Below, piece after piece: positions 32,732 to 45,288 of a stretch of DNA of 64,000 nt. The number at the start of each line of letters is the position of its first letter. Position 1 is the stretch's first letter. The notes beneath the pieces were generated by a model. That model did not search any database. It was not told where the DNA came from and saw only the letters and a program-made list of their open reading frames with translations. The position numbers and the translations under genes are program-made. Origin of the DNA: Verrucomicrobia bacterium Tous-C9LFEB (GTDB taxonomy: Bacteria; Verrucomicrobiota; Verrucomicrobiia; Methylacidiphilales; UBA1321); assembly GCA_002304345.1 (NCBI GenBank), contig NEUU01000005.1, positions 165,933-229,932 of the forward strand, read 5' to 3'.

Positions 32732-33115
32732 ATGAGGAAGGTTCTGTTGGCTCTGATGTTGATAGCTGCGACGGCGAATGCGGCGGAAGGCTATCGCTAT
32801 ATTTCGTCGCCCGGCCTCTACGAGAAAGCAGTGGGGGGCGAGAACCTCCAGGTCAAACTCGACAAGAATACGCTGACGCTCTCACGAGTTCGGCTCAAGA
32901 ACGCCGTTGCTTTTGAGGTCGTGGATGGATGGCTCGTCTACACGGACTCCAGTCATGTTCTTTGGGCCTATGACGGATACGATAAAATCTGGTGCTTTGA
33001 ATTCACGCCAGACAGTATTCGCTTTAAAGAACGTCACCATGTCGAATTCCAGTGGAAAGAAGCCCCACAGCAGTTCATGAGTCTCGTTCGTCAAAAGCGG
33101 AAGGTTTCGGAGTAA
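32732..33115 (+). CDS. Small secreted hypothetical protein
   Basis: Signal peptide MRKVLLALMLIAATANA. 127 aa. No recognised domain. Its 3' end is imperfectly duplicated at 34017-34090. Confidence 0.45.
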   Translation: MRKVLLALMLIAATANAAEGYRYISSPGLYEKAVGGENLQVKLDKNTLTLSRVRLKNAVAFEVVDGWLVYTDSSHVLWAYDGYDKIWCFEFTPDSIRFKERHHVEFQWKEAPQQFMSLVRQKRKVSE

Positions 33116-33186
33116 TCGAGCTAAAAGGGGACTGGCCCATTTTCTCCGCAAGATGCATATAATAAAGGGTATTTATAATATTCGCC

Positions 33187-33810
33187 ATGTCAGTATATAG
33201 AGGTTCTTTTGCATCTCTAGTGATAGCGGTGCTTGTTTTTTGCTGTTCGTCGCTGAGCCTTTACTCAGATGCGAGTGGAGATATTACAGTGCTAATAATC
33301 GATTATAAAAAACAAGATCAGATTTCCTATGCCTTATTAATGATTATTAACGAGTCTAAGGAGCGTTATAAATTTCGCTCGCTGCAAGTTAAGCAGAAAA
33401 ATATAAATACAGAGAATATTGATGGAGTTGCAGTGGGTCTCGACTATTTGAAAGATGATCTGGCAATTAAAAAATATGTGAAGAAAACGGTCACGCAAAA
33501 TGTTTTCTTAAATTCAGAGAATTCATCAAAAGATGGTGGAGCCTATGTGCTAAATGAATCTGGTGGATCATTTATCGGAAAGATTGCTTATCCAACTCTC
33601 TGTTATAATAACTTAAAATTTGAAATATCTTTTCGAGTATATAATTATACGGATGAGGGTGGTAGCTATAAAATAGTCAAAAATATGGAGATATTAAATC
33701 CTATCTTCATTAATGATCCTGGATTTTTTGAGAGGAAATTAGACTTTGATCGGGTGGTGGTTTTAACGCGAGTTATCGAGAATCCTGAGGTAAAGCAGAC
33801 AGCGAAATAG
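33187..33810 (+). CDS. Hypothetical secreted protein encoded in a low-GC (~35%) island
   Basis: 207-aa ORF with an N-terminal hydrophobic signal region and AT-rich codon usage, in strong contrast to neighbouring genes. No recognised domain. Confidence 0.5.
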   Translation: MSVYRGSFASLVIAVLVFCCSSLSLYSDASGDITVLIIDYKKQDQISYALLMIINESKERYKFRSLQVKQKNINTENIDGVAVGLDYLKDDLAIKKYVKKTVTQNVFLNSENSSKDGGAYVLNESGGSFIGKIAYPTLCYNNLKFEISFRVYNYTDEGGSYKIVKNMEILNPIFINDPGFFERKLDFDRVVVLTRVIENPEVKQTAK

Positions 33811-33821
33811 GGGGCAGGTAT

Positions 33822-33982
33822 GAATGGCACTAAGTTAAGGACGTGTTAGGATGATTTTATGAGGCCTTGAACGCTTTGGAGTGCGGCGGCTTGCCGCCGC
33901 ACCGAAAAGCGGGAGCAAGCTCCCGCACTCCAAATTATCCTCAGTGGAGGTACTCTCCAACTTGCTTAGCTTAGTGCCATTC
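33822..33982. repeat. Structured inverted-repeat element at the right edge of the AT-rich island
   Basis: Outer IR GAATGGCACTAAGTTAAG ... CTTAGCTTAGTGCCATTC encloses nested GC hairpins (GTGCGGCGG-ctt-GCCGCCGCAC; GCGGGAGC-aagc-TCCCGC). Confidence 0.55.
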
Positions 33983-34095
33983 GGGGCTGTCCCCTTTAAT
34001 CCCCGCATTAAAGAAAGCCGCAATGTCGAGTTTCAGTGAAAAGAAGCTCCGCCTCAATTCATGAATCTCGTTCGCCAAAAGCGAAAAGATTAGCA

Positions 34096-34245
34096 CCTTG
34101 CCCGCCGATCCTTCGACGAGCTCAGGATGACGTGGAATGAAGGTAATGTCGTAGGGTCATCTTCACATCACACCAGAACTCCTCGCGATCATTTGAGTTT
34201 GCCACCCCCAACCCGTCATCCTTGTCGAAGGATCGGTGGGCAAGG
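34096..34245. mobile_element. MITE-like element, family A copy 2 (inverted relative to copy 1)
   Basis: CCTTGCCCGCCGATCCTTCGACGAGCTCAGGATGAC ... GTCATCCTTGTCGAAGGATCGGTGGGCAAGG. Core is the reverse complement of the copy 1 core. Confidence 0.7.
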
Positions 34246-34411
34246 TTTCGGAGTCATCGTGTTCCGCGTCGGCGGGGGGGCGTTCTCATCAGAACCGACT
34301 CCGTTCAAGGGGCTTGAGGGACTGCTCGTGGACTGGCGTCGTAGCGATTCCGCATCCACGCTTGCCCCGCGCGGAGTTTTAGGGCATCTTTGACCCTCAC
34401 GTTTTACGCTT

Positions 34412-35467
34412 ATGCAAAAGACCTATAATCTGCGTGTCCGGGGGATGGATCGTCTCGTCTCGCCGCACCAGCTCAAGAATGAATTGCCGATGACCGATGA
34501 GGACTCCGCGAGTGTGCTCGCGTGGCGTCAATCGGTGGAGGCGATTCTCGCCGGCAAAGACCACCGCCTGCTCGTGGTCATCGGCCCCTGTTCCATCCAC
34601 GACCCGAAGGGCGCGATGGAATATGCGCAGCGTCTCGTCACCCTCCGCAACGAGTTGAAGGATGTCTTCGAAATCGTCATGCGCACCTATTTCGAAAAGC
34701 CGCGCACGACCATCGGCTGGAAGGGGCTTATCAGCGACCCCTACATGAACGATTCCAACGACATCGAAGCGGGCCTGCGCCTCTCGCGCAAGCTGCTCAT
34801 CGACATCACGCGCCTCGGCCTGCCGACCGCCACGGAATTTCTCGACCCGATCGTGCCGCAGTACAATGCCGACATGGTGACGTGGGCCGCCATTGGCGCG
34901 CGCACGACGGAATCGCAAACCCATCGCATGATGGCGAGCGGTCTTTCCATGCCGGTCGGATTCAAGAACGGCACGGATGGCAGTCTGCAAGTGGCGCTCG
35001 ACGCGATGCGTTCGGCGCAGCATCCGCACAGTTTCCTGGGCATGGATCAGGACGGAATGACCGCCATCATTCACACGACCGGCAACCCCTGCAGTCACAT
35101 CGTGCTGCGCGGTGGACGGGGGCGCACGAATTATGATGCGACGAGCATCGTGGACGCGGAAGCGCAGCTCAAGAAAGCCGGATTGCCGAGTGGCGTCATG
35201 GTCGATTGCAGTCACGCGAATTCCGGCAAGGAACCGACCCGGCAGGAAATCGTCTGGCAGAATCTGATGGAGCAACTCTGCCACCGCACCAGCCCCGCAT
35301 TGATGGGGGTGATGATCGAGAGCTTTCTGCACGAAGGGACGCAGCCGATTTGCGCCGACGTTTCGAAGTTGAAGTACGGCGTGTCGATCACCGACCCGTG
35401 CATTGGCTGGGAAATGACCGAGAGCATGTTGCGCAGCGGGGCGGCGCTCCTGCGCGCGCGTAAGTAG
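34412..35467 (+). CDS. aroG: 3-deoxy-7-phosphoheptulonate (DAHP) synthase, class I
   Basis: 351 aa. [13 protein letters not shown] and the KPRT motif are present, consistent with class I alpha DAHP synthases. Confidence 0.9.
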   Translation: MQKTYNLRVRGMDRLVSPHQLKNELPMTDEDSASVLAWRQSVEAILAGKDHRLLVVIGPCSIHDPKGAMEYAQRLVTLRNELKDVFEIVMRTYFEKPRTTIGWKGLISDPYMNDSNDIEAGLRLSRKLLIDITRLGLPTATEFLDPIVPQYNADMVTWAAIGARTTESQTHRMMASGLSMPVGFKNGTDGSLQVALDAMRSAQHPHSFLGMDQDGMTAIIHTTGNPCSHIVLRGGRGRTNYDATSIVDAEAQLKKAGLPSGVMVDCSHANSGKEPTRQEIVWQNLMEQLCHRTSPALMGVMIESFLHEGTQPICADVSKLKYGVSITDPCIGWEMTESMLRSGAALLRARK

Positions 35468-35480
35468 CGTGACGTTCTTT

Positions 35481-35530
35481 TGTAGGACGGGACTGCGTCC
35501 CGTCGCGGCGGTTCACCGAACCGCCCTACA
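35481..35530. repeat. REP-like double-hairpin element (copy 3)
   Basis: TGTAGG-[ACGGGACTGCGTCCCGT]-c-[GCGGCGGTTCACCGAACCGCC]-CTACAG. Confidence 0.75.
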
Positions 35531-35699
35531 GCAAGACACCTGCATCCGTCTGCTACAATGAGGTCCTTCGAGGTGTATGCTGGGTTAGCATCGCTGAGTC
35601 CAGCGCCGCGCTGCTATTAGTTATGCTGTAAAGTCGTCATTTCTCGCAGAATCCGCTTGGCGTTAATAAGTTGGAAGCCGTATAACACTGTTCCCCCTT

Positions 35700-38600
35700 A
35701 TGACTAAACGCCGCAAGACGAAGTCGACTTCCACCACGCAAACTCTTTCCGTTCCAAGCTATTCCGCCAGCGTCGGGAGCAAGCCGAAGAAACTGCTCGT
35801 CGCCAACCGCAGCGAAATCGCCATTCGTGTTTTTCGCGCCGCGACGGAACTCGGTTTGCGCACGGTCGCGCTCTTCGCGCAGGAGGATCGTTTCAGCATG
35901 CACCGCTTCAAGGCGGACGAGGCGTATCTGGTGGGACAGGGGAAGGGACCGGTCGGCGCGTATCTGGACATCGACGGCATCATTACGCTGGCGAAGGACA
36001 ATGGCATCGATCTCATCCACCCCGGCTACGGATTTCTTTCCGAGAATGCGGATTTCGCGCGCGCGTGCGCGAAGGCGGGCATTACATTCGTTGGACCGCG
36101 ACCGGAGCTGCTCGATTTGATGGGCAACAAGGTGGCGGCGCGGGAGCTGACGCAGAAGTTGAAAATCCCCACGCTACCCGGCACGGAAGATCCGGTGACG
36201 GATCGCAAGCTAGCGGTGAAGATCGCGCGGGAACTCGGTTTTCCATTGATCATCAAAGCGGCGTTCGGTGGCGGCGGTCGCGGCATGCGCATTGTGCAGG
36301 ACCCGAAGGATCTCGACCGTTTGCTGGACGAAGCGCAGGGTGAGGCGGATCGCGCGTTTGGTAATCCGGCGGTATTTTTGGAAAAATTCGTGCGTCGCGC
36401 GAAGCACATCGAAGTGCAATTGCTCGGCGACAAGCACGGCAATTGCATCCACCTGCACGAGCGTGATTGTTCCGTGCAGCGGCGTCACCAGAAGGTGATC
36501 GAAGTCGCGCCGTCGATCGGGCTGGCGGAGAACGTGCGGCGCGAGTTGTGCGATGCGGCGGTGCGCATCGGCAAGGAGATCGGTTACGACAACGCGGGCA
36601 CGGTCGAGTTCCTCTACGATCTGGACGATAACAAGTGGTACTTCATTGAGATGAATCCGCGCATCCAGGTGGAGCACACGGTGACGGAGCAGATCACGGG
36701 CATCGATCTTGTGCGCTCGCAGATCATGATCGCGCAGGGCGCGTCGTTGTTCGGTCCGGAATTGAAGTTGCCGAAGCAGGAGGACGTCCCGCGCATCGGC
36801 TACGCGGTGCAGTCGCGCATCACGACGGAAGATCCGACGAAAAACTTCACGCCGGATTACGGCAAGATTCTCACCTACCGCTCGGCGGCGGGCTACGGCA
36901 TCCGACTCGACGCGGGTATGGGCGATACCGGGAGCGTCATCACGCCGTTCTACGATTCGCTGTTGGTGAAGGTGACGGCGAGCGGGCCGTCCTTCGGCAT
37001 CGCGTTGCAGCGCATGGAGCGCGCGTTGCGGGAATTCCGTATTCGCGGGGTGAAGACGAACATTCCGTTCCTCGAGAATTTGATTCACAACGAGACGTTC
37101 CGCCGTGGCGACGCGACGACGCGCTTGATCGATAACACGCCGGACCTCTTTAAGTTCACGCCGCGCCGGGATCGCGCGACGAAGTTGCTGTCCTACATCG
37201 GCGATGTGACTGTGAATGGCAACCCGCAGGCGAAGGGGTTCAAGCCGGGGAAGTTGCCGACACCGGCCGCGCCAAAATTCGATTTCAAGCAGACGCCGCC
37301 CGAAGGCACTCGCCAGATCCTGCTCAATCTCGGGGCGCGCAAATTCGCGGAGTGGGCGAAGAACGAGAAGCGCTTGCTCATCACGGATACAACGTTGCGA
37401 GACGCGCACCAGTCGCTCATGGCCACGCGCGTGCGGAGTTACGATATGCTCGCGGCGGCGGATGCCATCGCGCGGCGCACGCCGAATTTATTCAGTCTCG
37501 AGATGTGGGGCGGCGCGACGTTCGACACGGCGATGCGCTTCCTGCATGAAGACCCGTGGCAGCGGTTGCGCGATCTGCGCGAGCGGGTGCCGAACATTTG
37601 CTTCCAGATGCTGTTCCGTGGCTCGAACGCGGTCGGCTATTCGAACTACGCGGATAACGTGGTGTCGGGGTTCGTGAAGCACTCGGCGGAATCGGGGATC
37701 GATATTTTTCGCATCTTCGATTCGCTGAATTATCTGCCGAACCTGAAAGTCGCAATGGAAGCGGTGCAGGACACGCACGCGGTTTGTGACGCGGCGATTT
37801 GCTACACCGGCGATATTCTCGACGGGAAGCGCGACAAGTATTCGCTGAATTATTACATCAAGCTCGCCAAAGAGCTCGAGAAGATGGGCGCGCATATTCT
37901 CACCATCAAGGACATGGCGGGCCTGTGTAAGCCCTACGCCGCGTACAAGCTGGTGAAGGCGCTGAAGCAGGAGATCGATCTCCCGATTCATTTCCACACG
38001 CACGACACGAGCGGCATCAATTCCGCCTCGATTCTGAAAGCAGCGGATGCGGGCGTGGACATCGCCGACGCGGCGATTGCGTCGCTCTCCGGGTCGACGA
38101 GCCAGCCGAATTTGAATTCGCTCGTGGCCGCGTTGCAGCACACGCCGCGCGACACGAAGCTCGATCTCGACGCGCTCAACGAGTTCGCCGACTACTGGGA
38201 ACAGGTCCGCGAGTACTACGCGCCGTTCGACACCGCGCCGAAGTTCGGCACGGCGGAGGTCTACCTCCACGAAATGCCGGGCGGTCAATACACGAACCTC
38301 AAGGAGCAGGCCGTCAGCATGGAGATCGGTCACCGCTGGCCGGAAATCGCCCGGTGCTATGCCGAGGTGAACGCGCTCTTTGGCGACATCGTCAAAGTGA
38401 CGCCGAGCAGCAAGGTGGTCGGCGATATGACCATGTTCCTCGTCACGCGCGGCATCAAGCCGGCCGACGTGCTCAATCTGCCCGCCGGAACGCCGTTCCC
38501 GGAATCGGTCATCGACATGCTTTCGGGCGGACTCGGTTTCCCGCAGGGCGGTTGGCCGAAGAAGCTGCAGCAGATCGTGCTGGGCAATCGCAAGCCGCTG

Positions 38601-39221
38601 AAGTCGCGCCCCGGCGCGAATCTGCCGCCGCTCGATTTCGACAAGACGAAGGACGAGCTCGAAGCGAAGATCAAATCGAAGCCGACGGACGACGATCTTT
38701 ACAGCTACCTGATGTATCCGCAGGTGTTCCTCGACTACAATAAATTCGAGAAGGACTACAGCGACGTGAGCGTGCTGCCGACCCCGGCGTTCTTCTACGG
38801 CATGAAGCCGAACGATGAAATCAGCATCACGATCGAGCAGGGCAAGACGCTTTACCTGAAATTGCTGAATGTGAATCCGCCCGACAAGGATGGCCGCCGC
38901 ATGGTGGTGTTTGAGTTGAACGGCGTGACGCGCCAGACGTGGATCACGGATCGCGCGATCCAGCCGAAGACGAAGCCGCGCGTGCAGGCGGACCCGAACA
39001 ACGCGCTGGAAGTGGCCGCGCCGATCCCCGGCATGGTGACGTCGCTGGCAGTGAGCGTGGGCTCGAAGGTCGCGAAGGGTGACAAGCTGCTGACGCTCGA
39101 GGCGATGAAGATGTACACGACGTTGACCGCGCCGGAAAATGGCGTGGTGGGCGAACTGTTCGTCGCCGTGGGCGATGCGGTCGAGAGCAAGGATCTTGTC
39201 GTCCGGTTGCGGAAGGCGTAG
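35700..39221 (+). CDS. pyc: Pyruvate carboxylase
   Basis: 1173 aa: biotin carboxylase domain (ATP-grasp), carboxyltransferase (HFHTHDTSG) and C-terminal biotinyl domain (EAMKM). The exact start is uncertain. Confidence 0.95.
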   Translation: MTKRRKTKSTSTTQTLSVPSYSASVGSKPKKLLVANRSEIAIRVFRAATELGLRTVALFAQEDRFSMHRFKADEAYLVGQGKGPVGAYLDIDGIITLAKDNGIDLIHPGYGFLSENADFARACAKAGITFVGPRPELLDLMGNKVAARELTQKLKIPTLPGTEDPVTDRKLAVKIARELGFPLIIKAAFGGGGRGMRIVQDPKDLDRLLDEAQGEADRAFGNPAVFLEKFVRRAKHIEVQLLGDKHGNCIHLHERDCSVQRRHQKVIEVAPSIGLAENVRRELCDAAVRIGKEIGYDNAGTVEFLYDLDDNKWYFIEMNPRIQVEHTVTEQITGIDLVRSQIMIAQGASLFGPELKLPKQEDVPRIGYAVQSRITTEDPTKNFTPDYGKILTYRSAAGYGIRLDAGMGDTGSVITPFYDSLLVKVTASGPSFGIALQRMERALREFRIRGVKTNIPFLENLIHNETFRRGDATTRLIDNTPDLFKFTPRRDRATKLLSYIGDVTVNGNPQAKGFKPGKLPTPAAPKFDFKQTPPEGTRQILLNLGARKFAEWAKNEKRLLITDTTLRDAHQSLMATRVRSYDMLAAADAIARRTPNLFSLEMWGGATFDTAMRFLHEDPWQRLRDLRERVPNICFQMLFRGSNAVGYSNYADNVVSGFVKHSAESGIDIFRIFDSLNYLPNLKVAMEAVQDTHAVCDAAICYTGDILDGKRDKYSLNYYIKLAKELEKMGAHILTIKDMAGLCKPYAAYKLVKALKQEIDLPIHFHTHDTSGINSASILKAADAGVDIADAAIASLSGSTSQPNLNSLVAALQHTPRDTKLDLDALNEFADYWEQVREYYAPFDTAPKFGTAEVYLHEMPGGQYTNLKEQAVSMEIGHRWPEIARCYAEVNALFGDIVKVTPSSKVVGDMTMFLVTRGIKPADVLNLPAGTPFPESVIDMLSGGLGFPQGGWPKKLQQIVLGNRKPLKSRPGANLPPLDFDKTKDELEAKIKSKPTDDDLYSYLMYPQVFLDYNKFEKDYSDVSVLPTPAFFYGMKPNDEISITIEQGKTLYLKLLNVNPPDKDGRRMVVFELNGVTRQTWITDRAIQPKTKPRVQADPNNALEVAAPIPGMVTSLAVSVGSKVAKGDKLLTLEAMKMYTTLTAPENGVVGELFVAVGDAVESKDLVVRLRKA

Positions 39222-39300
39222 GCAGCGGAGAGTTTCTCGCCGAGCTCGCCAAGAACGCAGAGGAGGGGATGGGGTTTGAGATGGATAAAGACCGAACCTG

Positions 39301-39444
39301 CCCCTTCCACCCGATCCTTCGACTTCGCTCAGGATGACCAGTGTGACGCTGGACCCGCTTGCTGATTGGCTGCGCCAATCGCAAAAGACATTCGCTTTCA
39401 CACTCTGTCATCCTGAGCGAAGTCGAAGGATCGGGTGGAAGGGG
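39301..39444. mobile_element. MITE-like element, family A copy 3 (perfect 36-bp TIR)
   Basis: CCCCTTCCACCCGATCCTTCGACTTCGCTCAGGATGAC ... GTCATCCTGAGCGAAGTCGAAGGATCGGGTGGAAGGGG. Core differs from copies 1-2. Confidence 0.75.
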
Positions 39445-39465
39445 CGGTGGATTTTTTGGATAGCC

Positions 39466-39492
39466 GCGGCGGTTCGCAGAACCGCCCTACAA
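39466..39492. repeat. REP-like element (copy 4, single hairpin)
   Basis: GCGGCGGTTCGCAGAACCGCC-CTACAA. Confidence 0.6.
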
Positions 39493-39525
39493 CGCAGAGA
39501 AGACCGGCATTACACTCGCGCGCTA

Positions 39526-40998
39526 CTAAAAGAGGCGGGCTTCGTCGCTGCTGGTGATGAGCGAGTCGGCGCGTTCGTTGCGGCGTTCGAGGATGAGCTT
39601 GTCGACTTTTTGGTCGTACTCGACCGGGTATTTGCCGTTGAAACAGGCGCGGCAGAATTGATTTTCGGGGCGGCCAATGGCGCGGATCATCGCTTCTTCC
39701 GTGAGGTAGCCGAGGCTGTCGGCACCGAGGTACTGGGCGATTTCGTCGAGGGAAAGCTGATTGGCGAGCAGGTCCTTGGGATTCGGGAAATCGATGCCGT
39801 AATGACAGGCGTGTCGATGCGGGGGACAGCTGACGCGGATGTGGACTTCCTTCGCACCGGCTTTGCGCAGGGTGACGACGCGGGATCGGGCGGTGGTGCC
39901 GCGCACGATGGAGTCATCGACCACGACGACGCGCTTGCCCTTGACCGCGTCCTTGACGAGGTTGAGCTTCACGCGGACACCGAAATCGCGGATGAGCTGC
40001 GAGGGTTGAAGAAAGGTGCGGCCGATGTAGTGATTACGCACGAAGGCGTGCGAATAGGGGATGCCGGATTGCTCGCTGTAGCCGAGCGCGGCGTAGTTGC
40101 CGGAATCGGGAATGGGGACGACGAGGTCGGCTTCAACCGGATGCAATTTGGCCAACTCGTAGCCCATGCGGGTGCGGGCGAGGCTGACGTTGACGTCCAT
40201 GATCTTGGAGTCGGGCCGGGCAAAGTAGACGTATTCGAAAACGCAGAGCGCCTTGTTGGGCTTGTCGACGAAGGGCTTGAAGGAGCGGAGACCTTTTTCG
40301 TCGATCACGACGATTTCGCCGGGTTCGACTTCGCGGATGAACTGCGCGTCGATGAGGTCGAGGGCGCAGGTTTCGCTGGAGAGAACCCAAGCGTCGCCGA
40401 GTTTGCCGATGCAGAGGGGGCGGAAGCCGTATTGATCGCGCGCGCCGATGATTTCGCGCTCGCTCATGATCACGAGCGAGAACGCGCCGTCGATGCGGGA
40501 CAGGGCGCGGACGAGGCTGGACTCGCGGCCACCGTCTTGGGGTTGCGCCATGAGGTGGAGAATGATCTCGCTGTCGACGGTGGTTTGGAAAATGGAGCCG
40601 TTGGCTTCGAGTTCGTCGCGAATGATGTTGGCGTTGACGAGATTGCCGTTGTGCGCGATGGCGACCTGGCCGCGGGCGCAGTCGACGACGATGGGCTGGG
40701 CGTTCTTGAGCGTGCTCGAGCCGGTGGTGGAGTAGCGGACGTGGCCGATGGAGCGGGTGCCGGAAATCTGCTTGAGGATGCCCTCATTGAAGACCTGAGA
40801 GACGAGGCCCATGCCGCGATGGAAGGCGAAGGGGCTGCCGGGTTCCTTGGCGGAGACGATACCGGCGCTTTCCTGGCCGCGGTGTTGGAGGGCGTAGAGA
40901 CCGTAGTAGGTCAGCATCGCGGCATCGGGATGACCGAAGATGCCGAAGACGCCGCACTCGTGTTTGGGATAATGGGCTTGGGAGGAGGATTCGCTCAC
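39526..40998 (-). CDS. purF: Amidophosphoribosyltransferase
   Basis: N-terminal ...KHECGVFGIFG (the catalytic Cys follows the initiator Met region) and PRTase motifs. 490 aa. Confidence 0.95.
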   Translation of the reverse strand: MSESSSQAHYPKHECGVFGIFGHPDAAMLTYYGLYALQHRGQESAGIVSAKEPGSPFAFHRGMGLVSQVFNEGILKQISGTRSIGHVRYSTTGSSTLKNAQPIVVDCARGQVAIAHNGNLVNANIIRDELEANGSIFQTTVDSEIILHLMAQPQDGGRESSLVRALSRIDGAFSLVIMSEREIIGARDQYGFRPLCIGKLGDAWVLSSETCALDLIDAQFIREVEPGEIVVIDEKGLRSFKPFVDKPNKALCVFEYVYFARPDSKIMDVNVSLARTRMGYELAKLHPVEADLVVPIPDSGNYAALGYSEQSGIPYSHAFVRNHYIGRTFLQPSQLIRDFGVRVKLNLVKDAVKGKRVVVVDDSIVRGTTARSRVVTLRKAGAKEVHIRVSCPPHRHACHYGIDFPNPKDLLANQLSLDEIAQYLGADSLGYLTEEAMIRAIGRPENQFCRACFNGKYPVEYDQKVDKLILERRNERADSLITSSDEARLF

Positions 40999-41033
40999 AG
41001 GGGTAGGGGTGGGGAGGATGGTTACAACGTAGC

Positions 41034-43289
<2,256 letters not shown>

Positions 43290-43345
43290 GGCGGGGAAAA
43301 GTTTTCGGTTATCAGTTTTCGGTTTTCAGTAGGACTGAAGAACAG

Positions 43346-44056
43346 CTAGGCGGCGACGGCCCCTTTCGGTTCCTTGGCTTCAATGACCGACTCGAAGATC
43401 GCCTTGCCATCGCTGCCGCCGAGGATCGACTCGGACGCGCGCTCGGGGTGGGGCATCATGCCGAGGACGTTGCCTTCTTTATTCATGATCCCGGCGATGT
43501 TGAGGGCGGAGCCGTTCGGATTGGTCTCCGGCGTGGCGCGGCCCGCGCGGTCGCTGTAGGTGAAGAGAATCTGGCGGTTGATCTGGAGCGACTTCAACGT
43601 CTCGGGATCGGCAAAGTAGTTGCCTTCGCCGTGGGCGATGGGGATGTCGAGGATCTGGCCGGTGAGGAGTTTCTTCGTGAAGAGGGAGTGGGGATGCTCG
43701 ACGCGCAGGGGGCGCGATTCGCAGCGGAAGTGGAGCGAGCGGTTGCGGATGAGCGCGCCGGGGAGCAGGCCCGCTTCGCAAAGGACCTGGAAGCCGTTGC
43801 AGATGCCGATGACGATGCCGCCGTCGGCCGCGTGGGCCTTGACCGATTGCATGACGGGTGACCAGCGGGCGATCGCGCCGCAGCGCAGGTAGTCGCCGTA
43901 GGAGAAGCCGCCGGGGACGATGACGGCGTCCGCGCCTTCGAGGGAATCGTTCTTGTGCCAGACGTAGTAGGCGTCCTGACCGAGGACGTGCTTGAGGACG
44001 TGGTAGCAGTCCTGATCGCAGTTTGAACCGGGAAATTGAATGACAGCCCAACGCAT
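43346..44056 (-). CDS. purQ: Phosphoribosylformylglycinamidine synthase subunit PurQ (glutaminase)
   Basis: [14 protein letters not shown]... and catalytic GICNGFQ. 236 aa. Confidence 0.95.
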   Translation of the reverse strand: MRWAVIQFPGSNCDQDCYHVLKHVLGQDAYYVWHKNDSLEGADAVIVPGGFSYGDYLRCGAIARWSPVMQSVKAHAADGGIVIGICNGFQVLCEAGLLPGALIRNRSLHFRCESRPLRVEHPHSLFTKKLLTGQILDIPIAHGEGNYFADPETLKSLQINRQILFTYSDRAGRATPETNPNGSALNIAGIMNKEGNVLGMMPHPERASESILGGSDGKAIFESVIEAKEPKGAVAA

Positions 44057-44099
44057 GGTCGATTCCTTCTTATTCTTGGGTTAATGGACGAGCTTGGCG

Positions 44100-44531
44100 C
44101 TAGTGCTTCTTTTTCTTTTTGTCCTTCTTCTTCTTGTCCTTTTTCTTTTCTTTCTTGGACTTCTTCTTGTCGGACTTGTCTTTGACCTTGGACTTGATCT
44201 TCGAAGCGGGAAGGGGGATTTCGTCGTCGTCGTCGGTGGCTTCCTCGATGAGGGCCTTCAGCTTGGCGGCGGCGGAAACGGGGGCCTTGGCTTCGCCGAG
44301 CTTCAGGACGTAGTCTTCAATCACGGGATTGGAGAGCAGGTCCTTGCAAATCTGGTCGAGCTTGACGCGGGTCTTTTCGACATTCTTGCCGCTGATTTCA
44401 AGCTCGATGAACTTTCCGATGCGGACCGATTCCACACACTCCATTCCGAGGTGTTGCATGGCGCGCTTTACGGCATCGCCCTGGGGGTCATAAACGCTTT
44501 GTTTCGGGGTGACAATAATCTCGGCCTTCAT
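44100..44531 (-). CDS. purS: PurS fused to a ~60-aa acidic/lysine-rich C-terminal tail
   Basis: The first ~82 aa are canonical PurS. They are followed by ...EEATDDDDEIPLPASKIKSKVKDKSDKKKSKKEKKKDKKKKDKKKKKH. Confidence 0.85.
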   Translation of the reverse strand: MKAEIIVTPKQSVYDPQGDAVKRAMQHLGMECVESVRIGKFIELEISGKNVEKTRVKLDQICKDLLSNPVIEDYVLKLGEAKAPVSAAAKLKALIEEATDDDDEIPLPASKIKSKVKDKSDKKKSKKEKKKDKKKKDKKKKKH

Positions 44532-44655
44532 AAGGGAAGGAATATCTTTAGACAGTGGCCAAGAGAAGTCAATGATCGCGTGGTGACAAAAGCGATGGCT
44601 TTATCGATTTCAACAGCTTAGACTCTGCAGGTAGGTAATTAATCAAGGAGAGGGT

Positions 44656-45018
44656 ATGAAATGGGTCCGCTCGTTGCACTTATATTTAGGCTGTGTTTTT
44701 GCTCCGTTGCTGATTCTCTACGCGGTCAGCGGTGTCTGGCAGGTCTACCGCCTCAATGACGCGGCCAAGGACGGGAGTTACACCCCGCCCGCGTGGTTGA
44801 AAACGATGTCCAGCGTGCATCTCCACCAATCCCTCGCCAAGGGAACGTCCGCGACCATTTCCAAGGCCATCGGCGCGGCTCTCGGAGTGGCGTTGGCTGT
44901 GACGGCGGCGCTCGGGGTGGTGATGGCCTATAAATATCAGCGTCGGCCGGGGATCGTGACGCTTTGCCTGCTGGCGGGTGTGCTCGTGCCGGGGTTGTTG
45001 CTGGTGCTGCGGGTGTAG
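44656..45018 (+). CDS. Small membrane protein (hypothetical)
   Basis: 120 aa with N- and C-terminal TM helices. No recognised motif. Confidence 0.45.
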   Translation: MKWVRSLHLYLGCVFAPLLILYAVSGVWQVYRLNDAAKDGSYTPPAWLKTMSSVHLHQSLAKGTSATISKAIGAALGVALAVTAALGVVMAYKYQRRPGIVTLCLLAGVLVPGLLLVLRV

Positions 45019-45288
45019 CGGCGTTTCTCGCTAAGAGTGGAAAACCGCGCGGCGCGGACTTCAATCATAGATCGATAAAATCGGATCAAGTTTGGGAAAA
45101 CTCCTTGGTCCTGACGCGTCGGTGTGAATACAATTATTATCAAAATATATAACTTATTGATGGAATGTGAAAAGCTATCCGGTTCGCCATGCTTTTTCGA
45201 TTCGGCATAGTAAGGATGGAAGTTTACCCACTTCGCCACGCAGCCATCTCCGATTTTGCTTTTTAACCCTCAACGACTGATCTTGCTT

